Below are positions 45,754 to 51,817 of a stretch of 51,817 nucleotides of DNA, one piece after another. Under the pieces are notes generated by a model. That model had not been told where the DNA came from. It made no database searches and saw nothing but the letters and a program-made list of their open reading frames with translations. The stretch's first letter is position 1, and every line of letters starts with the position of its first letter. The position numbers were made by a program, and so were the translations under genes. Location of the stretch: the NCBI GenBank assembly GCA_024763555.1, contig JANTFG010000002.1:1-51817 (forward strand), read 5' to 3'. This DNA is from Thermoanaerobaculales bacterium (GTDB lineage Bacteria > Acidobacteriota > Thermoanaerobaculia > Thermoanaerobaculales > Sulfomarinibacteraceae).

Positions 45754-47126
45754 AAAGGGGGAAGAGAATCCTTGTCATCGATGATGAAGCCTCGATCCGG
45801 AATCTGCTGTCAATCTTCCTGGAGGATATGGGCTGTTCCGTGCTCACAGCTGATTCCGTAAGCTCAGGGATCGACTCCCTTCGTTCGGAGCTGCCCGACC
45901 TCGTGATGTGCGACCTCAAACTCCCGGACGGGGACGGTCTGGAGATCCTGGCTTTCGCACGCAAGAGGTCTTCCTCACTCCCCTTCATCATCATTACGGC
46001 CCACACAACCCCAAAAAATGCACTGGAATCAATGCAGGCGGGAGCCACAGAGTACATCTCCAAACCCTTCATTTTTGATGAACTCCGGATCATTCTGAAA
46101 GAACTCCTCAGTGCCCGCAGGTCCGCATCCGAACTCGGGGACACCATGCTCGTGACCCGGAGTCCCGCGATGGCCGAGGTGGCGGAACTGATCCCAAGAC
46201 TGGCGGCGACGCCCACAACAGTTCTCATCAGCGGTGAGAGCGGTGTCGGCAAGGAGATTGTCGCCCGGACCATTCACGAAAAATCGACCAGGGCTGATGG
46301 CCCCTTTCTCAGCGTCAACTGCGGCGCCCTTCCCGAAGGCCTGCTCGAGTCCGAGCTCTTCGGTCATGTTCGAGGCGCCTTCACCGGGGCTGTCCGTGAT
46401 CACAAGGGGCTGTTCGCCGAGGCCGAAGCCGGGACCTTACTTCTCGATGAGATCGCGGAGCTGAGTCTCCCGATGCAGGTCAAGCTCCTGCGCGTTCTGC
46501 AGGATCGAAAAATAAGACCAGTCGGAAGCCATCTTGAGATTCCCGTCGACACACGGATTCTCGCCGCTACCAACCGGGATCTTGGAGAGGAGGTCAGGCA
46601 GGGACGTTTTCGGGAAGATCTCTACTATCGTCTCAACGTGGTTTCCCTTCAGATCCCACCCTTGAGACGCAGGCCGGAAGACCTTCCGATTCTCGCCCGC
46701 TATTTTGTCTCCCATTACTGTAAAGCCTTCGACATCCCGGAGAAGACCCTCAGTGAAGACGCCATTCGAATTCTCAGGGCCTACAGCTGGCCCGGAAACG
46801 TCCGTGAGCTGCAGAACATCATCGAGAGAACGGTCGCTCTTACGCCCGGGAGCCTGATTTCATCGGGGAGTCTTCCCGCCCAGCTGCGGGGAGCACAGGG
46901 CAGCTCCGAAGAGTTCACAGCTCAACTTCCCGAGGAAGGACTGGACCTGGAGGAATACCTCAATGACGAACGTGCAAACATGATGCGCCAGGCTCTCGAG
47001 CGCTGCGGCGGAAACCAGAAAAAGGCTGCGAAAATGCTTCGCATGACCTACCGGGCCTTCAGGTATCATTCGGAGAAGCTCGATCTCGCGCACACGGTCG
47101 AGACGACAAGCAGGGAGAAATCATGA
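45750..47126 (+). CDS. pilR: sigma-54-dependent response regulator (PilR/NtrC family)
   Basis: It has a receiver domain, an AAA+ domain with GESGVGKE and the ESELFGH GAFTGA motif, and a C-terminal Fis-type HTH (GGNQKKAAKMLRMTYRAFRY). Confidence 0.88.
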   Translation: MKRGKRILVIDDEASIRNLLSIFLEDMGCSVLTADSVSSGIDSLRSELPDLVMCDLKLPDGDGLEILAFARKRSSSLPFIIITAHTTPKNALESMQAGATEYISKPFIFDELRIILKELLSARRSASELGDTMLVTRSPAMAEVAELIPRLAATPTTVLISGESGVGKEIVARTIHEKSTRADGPFLSVNCGALPEGLLESELFGHVRGAFTGAVRDHKGLFAEAEAGTLLLDEIAELSLPMQVKLLRVLQDRKIRPVGSHLEIPVDTRILAATNRDLGEEVRQGRFREDLYYRLNVVSLQIPPLRRRPEDLPILARYFVSHYCKAFDIPEKTLSEDAIRILRAYSWPGNVRELQNIIERTVALTPGSLISSGSLPAQLRGAQGSSEEFTAQLPEEGLDLEEYLNDERANMMRQALERCGGNQKKAAKMLRMTYRAFRYHSEKLDLAHTVETTSREKS

Positions 47127-47680
47127 TTCGAAATCTGGCCCGAACATCATTGGTCTGTCTGCTCAGTTTTCTAACCCTGTCCTGTTCGGGAAAAGCCGGC
47201 TCGGAAGACACCATGGATCATCAGCCGCCGGCCCAAACCCGGAAGCACAGGGAAACTGCTATCCTCGAGGAAACCGATCAGCTCCCGGAGGCCACGGCGC
47301 CGGACGGCCAAATATTCAAACTGGAGCTGGCATTGACGCGGGAGGAAATTACAAACGGCCTGATGTTTCGTCCCCATCTGGAAGAAAACAGGGGCATGCT
47401 TTTCCTCTTCAAACAGGAGCGGACTCCAAGCTTCTGGATGAAAAACTGCCTGATTCCTCTGGACATCATCTTTCTCGATTCCAGGGGTCAAGTGGTTGAT
47501 ATCTCAGCAGAGGTCCTTCCCTGCAGCGTTGAGCCCTGTCCCCAGTATGTCCCCATGGCCCCGGCCCGGGCGGTGCTTGAACTCAACGGTGGCGCTGCGG
47601 CTGCCCATCAGATTGCCGTTGGTTCAGTCCTGAAGTTTCAGCGAGTTCCGGGCTATCCGGAAAAGAAGCTGGAATCGTGA
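47123..47680 (+). CDS. DUF192 domain protein with signal/lipoprotein-like N-terminus
   Basis: GLMFRPHLEENRGMLFLF, FWMKNCLIPLDIIFLD and AVLELNGG match the DUF192 pattern. It overlaps pilR by 4 nt. Confidence 0.78.
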   Translation: MIRNLARTSLVCLLSFLTLSCSGKAGSEDTMDHQPPAQTRKHRETAILEETDQLPEATAPDGQIFKLELALTREEITNGLMFRPHLEENRGMLFLFKQERTPSFWMKNCLIPLDIIFLDSRGQVVDISAEVLPCSVEPCPQYVPMAPARAVLELNGGAAAAHQIAVGSVLKFQRVPGYPEKKLES

Positions 47681-47764
47681 TATTTCCTCGGGTCCGAATC
47701 TGAAAATCGGCGAATTCAGAATCCGGGGAGAAGGCGTGTCGGGCCCCGGGACCCGAACAGGAAA

Positions 47765-48085
47765 TCAGGATGCCTTGGACACCTTGGAATCACCAGCCCC
47801 CTGGGAGGATGTCTTCCCGGATGAGCTGTCTGAAGATCCCTCCGAGCCGGATGTGGCGCTTCCCTGCTCCGATGTCCGTGAAGGCGCAGATGCCGTACCA
47901 TTTCCCTTCCCATAGTCCGTCACATACCAGCCGCTGCCCTTGAACTGCAGAGCGGGAACCCCCATCAGCCTTCGGATAGCCCCGCCACACTTGGGACAGG
48001 TTTTCAGCGGCTCGGCAGAGACCTTCTGGATCTTCTCAAAACGAAAACCACACACAAAGCACTCATACTCATAAAGCGGCATCAT
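47765..48085 (-). CDS. FmdB-family zinc-ribbon protein
   Basis: MPLYEYECFVCGFRFE...CPKCGG is the CxxC..CxxC FmdB motif, followed by a Ser/Gly-rich tail. Confidence 0.8.
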   Translation of the reverse strand: MMPLYEYECFVCGFRFEKIQKVSAEPLKTCPKCGGAIRRLMGVPALQFKGSGWYVTDYGKGNGTASAPSRTSEQGSATSGSEGSSDSSSGKTSSQGAGDSKVSKAS

Positions 48086-48288
48086 CCTCTCCCTTCATAT
48101 AGAGTTCCATGCAGGACCTTCCTCCTGCCTGAGATTCGAAATTCCGGTGAACGAGGAAGGCCGGGATTCCAATCCTCCGACACCTGTAACAGGCTCGAGC
48201 CCGCCAGGAGAGGCACTACACATCGACGCAAATGCCTGACTGACAACGATTTCTGAAGATCTCACCCGAAACTCTCTCATTCTAAGCT

Positions 48289-49062
48289 CTAAGCCTTTGC
48301 CTTGATCCTGATACCCGGTGAGGAGGCATTGGCCCTCTCAATCAAGCCCAGGTGCATGAAAGCATCGAGGATCCGGGCGTTGACCCCCGCACTCAAAGGA
48401 CCCGCTTCACAGATCTCGATAAGGGTCTTTTTTCCATCCACGCTCTGGAGAACAGCCCTCTCCGAGCTGTCCAGCTGCAGGTTCTCAAGGTGATTCGGCA
48501 TCTCAAGACGCCTGTAAATGGTTGAGCGGCTCCCGAGACGCGCCATCACGGGCTTGGCATCCACAATATGTTTGCAGCCCGAGAGAATCGCCCGCGGCGT
48601 CGGGATCTTGATCTTGTAGACCTCGTCATCCTTGAATCGGCCCACCGAAAACTTGACCTCGCCCTCCGTCCAGTTAAAGAGTCCCCAGAGAATTCCCTGG
48701 ACCTGCTCCCGGACCGCGGATCCCAGATCTTCCGGCCTGAGAAATCCCATCTGCACGAGAATCTTCCCATGCCTCTTCCCCTGTGATCGCCTCAGCTCCG
48801 CGATCGAGACCTCCAACTGGCTTTGGGTGATCCGTCCCTCCTTCAGCAGGAAGTCCCCAAGTGAGTCTGCCCGGTCTGAGGAACTCGCGAAAATCACGTC
48901 TCCATCGAGAAAGTAGAGTTTCCGTCTTCCATCACCACGATGAAACTCCAGGACCCCGGGAACCCCATAGCGATGGATGGTCGCCAATATTTCCGGCACT
49001 GGGGATCTCCCGAGATCTCCGCGGTAGATGAACTCGCCGTCACTCATGATCTCTCCGGTCAA
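48289..49062 (-). CDS. DUF4388 domain protein
   Basis: GDLGRSPVPEILATIHRYGVPGVLEF....KLYFLDGDVIFASS is the typical DUF4388 N-terminal pattern. Confidence 0.7.
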   Translation of the reverse strand: MTGEIMSDGEFIYRGDLGRSPVPEILATIHRYGVPGVLEFHRGDGRRKLYFLDGDVIFASSSDRADSLGDFLLKEGRITQSQLEVSIAELRRSQGKRHGKILVQMGFLRPEDLGSAVREQVQGILWGLFNWTEGEVKFSVGRFKDDEVYKIKIPTPRAILSGCKHIVDAKPVMARLGSRSTIYRRLEMPNHLENLQLDSSERAVLQSVDGKKTLIEICEAGPLSAGVNARILDAFMHLGLIERANASSPGIRIKAKA

Positions 49063-49087
49063 TCATTTATTCTTCCTCAAAAATCTA

Positions 49088-49186
49088 TGGCGGAAGCGCA
49101 AGGGAATCGAACCCTCCGACCGACCCTCGCCGGGCCGGCCCAACGGATTTGAAGTCCGCGGAAGCCACCAGGCCCCATGCGCTTCC
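49088..49186 (-). tRNA. selC: tRNA-Sec (anticodon UCA)
   Basis: The 99-nt minus-strand sequence is GGAAGCGC AT GGGGCC TGGT GGCTTC .. GCGGA CTTCAAA TCCGT .. GAGGG TTCGATT CCCTT GCGCTTCC G CCA. It has an 8-bp acceptor stem, a 6-bp D stem with a 4-nt loop, a UCA anticodon, a long variable arm (CCGGCCC/GGGTCGG stem), a 5-bp T stem and an encoded CCA. Confidence 0.9.
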
Positions 49187-49198
49187 CCAGGGCGGCAC

Positions 49199-49207
49199 AT
49201 TCTATCA
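49199..49207 (-). promoter_or_regulatory. extended -10 promoter element for selC
   Basis: The minus strand reads TGATAGAAT, ending 12 nt before the tRNA-Sec 5' end. Confidence 0.45.
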
Positions 49208-49214
49208 GAAATCG

Positions 49215-49243
49215 TTGACATTGGCCTTCACCTTTGTTAAAAC
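49215..49243 (+). promoter_or_regulatory. sigma70-type promoter for tRNA-Ala
   Basis: TTGACA lies at 49215..49220, then a 17-nt spacer, then TAAAAC at 49238..49243, which ends 13 nt upstream of the tRNA 5' end. Confidence 0.5.
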
Positions 49244-49256
49244 ATGCTTCCCTCGT

Positions 49257-49332
<76 letters not shown>

Positions 49333-49341
49333 AGAATTCAC

Positions 49342-49366
49342 AGGTCACCTTTTGGTGGCCTTTTTT
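49342..49366 (+). terminator. rho-independent terminator after tRNA-Ala
   Basis: AGGTCACC-TTTT-GGTGGCCT (one G:U pair) is followed by TTTTTT. Confidence 0.6.
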
Positions 49367-49473
49367 CGTGGTGGAGCCGATCAGAATCTCACCTTCGGTT
49401 TTCCATGAGCCCGGCCTGATGCCCGGCTCTCACGGCACCACTGCACCACCCTCCCCTGCCCCTCCGTGGTCGA

Positions 49474-49490
49474 CCCGATCGGCTCCACCA
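49474..49490 (+). repeat. direct duplicate of the tRNA-Ala 3' end (att-like scar)
   Basis: CCCGATCGGCTCCACCA is identical to 49316..49332. An inverted 14-nt copy TGGTGGAGCCGATC lies at 49369..49382. Confidence 0.7.
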
Positions 49491-49499
49491 GAAATACCA

Positions 49500-49524
49500 G
49501 TCCACCATCCGGTGGGCTTTTTTT
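49500..49524 (+). terminator. second rho-independent terminator after the duplicated tRNA end
   Basis: GTCCACC-ATCC-GGTGGGC is followed by TTTTTTT. Confidence 0.55.
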
Positions 49525-49664
49525 CTGGCGGTTTGATCCAATGGTCTCGTGGGCGGATTGAGAAGGGCGCCCTCTGGAATGATGAATGCGGAATGCCTTC
49601 TGGTGGGCGGTGAATTCATCATTCCCTTCATCATTCCTTCCTCCCTCCCGTCTATACTGGGGAT

Positions 49665-51817
49665 ATGGAAAACTTCGGCGAACTTCAGCCTGGATCCAAA
49701 ATCGGGGATATTGAAATTACGGGTTTGCTGGGGGAAGGCGGAATGGGCCGGGTTTACGCCGGCTTCGACCATCGTCTCCAGCGAAAAGTCGCCCTCAAGC
49801 TGATTCGCCGGGAACGACGTCTGGCGCCCGAGGCGCGAGCCCGTTTCCTGAGGGAGGCGCGAATGCTCTCCCGCCTTCAGGATCCCCATATCTGCCAGAT
49901 TCATGGTCTCCTTGAAACACCTGCCGGAGACATTCTCGTTCTCGAACTGATTGAGGGCCGTAGTCTCCGTGAAGTCATGGATGAGGGTCTGGTGGAGGCA
50001 CAGGCCCTCAAGATCGCCGAGCAGCTTCTTGGGCTGCTGGTCGTCGTCCACCGGGCTGGCATCGTCCATCGGGATCTCAAGCCTGAGAACATCATTGTGC
50101 AGGCGGACGGCGAGATCAAGGTTCTTGATTTCGGCATTGCGAGGGCTGAGAAGGCCGAACAGGATACGATTTCCTTGACGTCGGAGGATCTGATGGGCGG
50201 GAGGGACGACGAGGAGACCGAGGCCTGGATTTCGCCGGCACGGGCGAATCTGACCCGCCAGGGTGTGGTCATGGGAACTCTTCGCTATATGAGTCCAGAG
50301 CAGGCCCGGGGAGATACCGTCGGCCCGCCCTCGGATATCTACTCTATCGGACTGATCATCCAGGAGATGCTGAGCGGAGTACCGGCTTTCGAGCCCGATC
50401 TCTCAATGAACACCCTCCTGAAGAAGGTCGGATGGGGCGATGTCAGCTCGCCGGAGTCTGTATCTCAGCCGGTCCGGGCCTTGCTTGAACGCCTGACGAG
50501 CCTTGCGGCCGCTGAAAGACCCTCGGCCCGGGATGCACTGGAACAGCTCCGTCGCATTCGGGACCTTCCCCGTCGCCGTCGCCGCCGTCTCGCGCTGACC
50601 GGGATCTTCCTCTTGATGACCGTCATGGCTGCCGGAATGAGCATTCAGTGGATGCGGGCCAGACGCGAGGCTGATAGGGCCAGGCGGGCACTGTCGGAAA
50701 CCAGGGAGGTGTCCGCCTTCCTCGAAGGTCTGTTCCAGGTTTCGGATCCTTTTCTCGCGGATCAACCAGGCCTGAATTCGCCCGAGCGATCCTCCGAGAT
50801 CACCCTGGAGTCTCTCCTTCAAGCCGGCACGGAGAAGATCCGGGATCGCTTTGCGGATCAGCCGATGGCTCGGGCCAGATTCATGATGCTTCTCGGTCGA
50901 ATTCAGAGAAATCTCGCCCATTTCAAGGAGGCGGATGCGCTCATCGAAGAAGCGGTGGGCATTTATGGAGACCATCTGCCTCCGAATGATCTCAGCTATG
51001 CCAAGGCTCTGGCGAAGCTGGGTGAAATCCGTCGTCGGGAGGCCGAATTCGATGATGCCGAGAGATTTCTCAAGGAAGCGGAGAAGATTCAGTTGGCCGT
51101 TGGGGGAGGGGCCGCGACCGGCATCGCCGATACATACAGCTCCGAGGCGCTCCTCGTGGCGGACAGGGGTCGACCGAAGGAGGCCCTGAGATGGCTGAGA
51201 AGAGTCCTGGAAATTCAGGAGAAAAAGGGTCCAAGCCCGGCTCTTGCCCTGACCATACAGCGGATCGCCGTGCAGCAGGAAGCTGTCGGGAAGTACCTTG
51301 AGGCGGAGAAGGGCTACGAGAAGGCGCTCGGGTTGGTCCAGGGGATTCTCGGCAGTTCGCATCCGGCGAATATCGCAATCCTTGCCCAGATCGGGAATCT
51401 CGAGAAGCAGAGGGGGAATGTCAAGGCCGCAGAGCAGAACTACCGTAAGGCTCTGACGCTATGCCGGTTAAAGCTTCCTCCCGAGCATCCGGTAAGGGCG
51501 ACGCTGTTGACCAATCTTGCCAATCTCCTTGACGAGGCTGGACAATATGCGGATGCGGAACCGCTTTATGTCGAAGCACTTGAAATCAAGAAAAAGAGCC
51601 TTGGAGCGAAGCATCCCGAAACCGCCCAGGTTGAGCTGAATCTGGCCATCCTCGAGCAGCATCTCGGCCACTATGCCCGGAGCGAGGAGCTCTTTCGACA
51701 GGCGATCGGGATTCTGGAAACGACCTCCGGGCCGAAACACCCGGCGACCGGCCTGGCTCTGATGAATTTCGGTGTCCTCCAGGTGGAGCGTAGATCATAC
51801 GGAGAAGCCGAGAGGCT
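49665..51817 (+). CDS. Ser/Thr protein kinase with TM segment and C-terminal TPR repeats, 3'-truncated at window edge
   Basis: My own translation from ATG 49665 gives MENFGELQPGSKIGDIEITGLLGEGGMGRVYAGFDHRLQRKVALKLI, then HRDLKPENI, DFGIA and GTLRYMSPEQ, then a TM segment LALTGIFLLMTVMAAGM, then TPR-like repeats. The frame stays open to nt 51817. It is absent from the ORF track because it has no stop. Confidence 0.85.
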   Translation, partial: MENFGELQPGSKIGDIEITGLLGEGGMGRVYAGFDHRLQRKVALKLIRRERRLAPEARARFLREARMLSRLQDPHICQIHGLLETPAGDILVLELIEGRSLREVMDEGLVEAQALKIAEQLLGLLVVVHRAGIVHRDLKPENIIVQADGEIKVLDFGIARAEKAEQDTISLTSEDLMGGRDDEETEAWISPARANLTRQGVVMGTLRYMSPEQARGDTVGPPSDIYSIGLIIQEMLSGVPAFEPDLSMNTLLKKVGWGDVSSPESVSQPVRALLERLTSLAAAERPSARDALEQLRRIRDLPRRRRRRLALTGIFLLMTVMAAGMSIQWMRARREADRARRALSETREVSAFLEGLFQVSDPFLADQPGLNSPERSSEITLESLLQAGTEKIRDRFADQPMARARFMMLLGRIQRNLAHFKEADALIEEAVGIYGDHLPPNDLSYAKALAKLGEIRRREAEFDDAERFLKEAEKIQLAVGGGAATGIADTYSSEALLVADRGRPKEALRWLRRVLEIQEKKGPSPALALTIQRIAVQQEAVGKYLEAEKGYEKALGLVQGILGSSHPANIAILAQIGNLEKQRGNVKAAEQNYRKALTLCRLKLPPEHPVRATLLTNLANLLDEAGQYADAEPLYVEALEIKKKSLGAKHPETAQVELNLAILEQHLGHYARSEELFRQAIGILETTSGPKHPATGLALMNFGVLQVERRSYGEAER

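Noticed and set aside
48086-48288. A possible small RNA or regulatory element in the 204-nt gap between the DUF4388 and FmdB genes.
   Set aside because: I found no convincing promoter-terminator pair, conserved box or stable hairpin. The gap probably holds only the FmdB promoter and 5' UTR.
49333-49665. An integrated genomic island or prophage at tRNA-Ala.
   Set aside because: Only about 140 nt lie between the duplicated tRNA ends, and no integrase or phage genes are present in the window. It is kept only as an att-like scar.
50403-51362. A 319-aa minus-strand ORF.
   Set aside because: It is antisense to the kinase/TPR gene that runs off the window edge.

Overview
This is a high-GC, gene-dense bacterial chromosomal window, apparently Gram-negative because it carries LPS heptose and type IV pilus genes. 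Most long ORFs antisense to recognisable genes are GC-rich shadow frames and were not called.

Recognisable content, in order:
- a convergent LuxR-type response regulator and beta-propeller histidine kinase;
- a secreted beta-helix protein;
- a minus-strand selenium-dependent molybdenum hydroxylase cluster: GT39 membrane glycosyltransferase, FAD subunit, fused 2Fe-2S/Moco XdhD-like subunit, amidohydrolase, MocA-YqeB fusion and YqeC;
- an OmpA-like lipoprotein and a VapBC-type toxin-antitoxin pair;
- a GGDEF cyclase, Ggt and RarD;
- GlgA plus an O-methyltransferase;
- a minus-strand block rplM-rpsI-rpsB-tsf, a terminator, then pdxS-pdxT;
- a nine-gene plus-strand block of ADP-heptose genes, heptosyltransferase, pilB, pilT, pilC, a pilS-like kinase, pilR and a DUF192 gene;
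- FmdB-like and DUF4388 genes;
- divergent tRNA-Sec and tRNA-Ala genes;
- a Ser/Thr kinase with TPR repeats that runs off the 3' edge. The ORF track omits this gene, and also the open 5' part of the first ORF.

The main structure that gene calls do not explain is a family of composite intergenic elements at six loci (about 1170-1351, 6895-7296, 18284-18550, 18552-18750, 23036-23330, 36956-37224). Each has degenerate CCGGAG/GGAGCA-type hexamer arrays in inverted orientation around conserved boxes and a core of roughly 180 nt. By hand alignment the two best copies are about 85% identical. One locus sits inside or beside a decayed four-helix-bundle (23S rRNA IVS protein family) gene. I could not match this family to any repeat or RNA class I know, and it is my best candidate for something undescribed.

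All identity figures are hand counts. No database search was possible.
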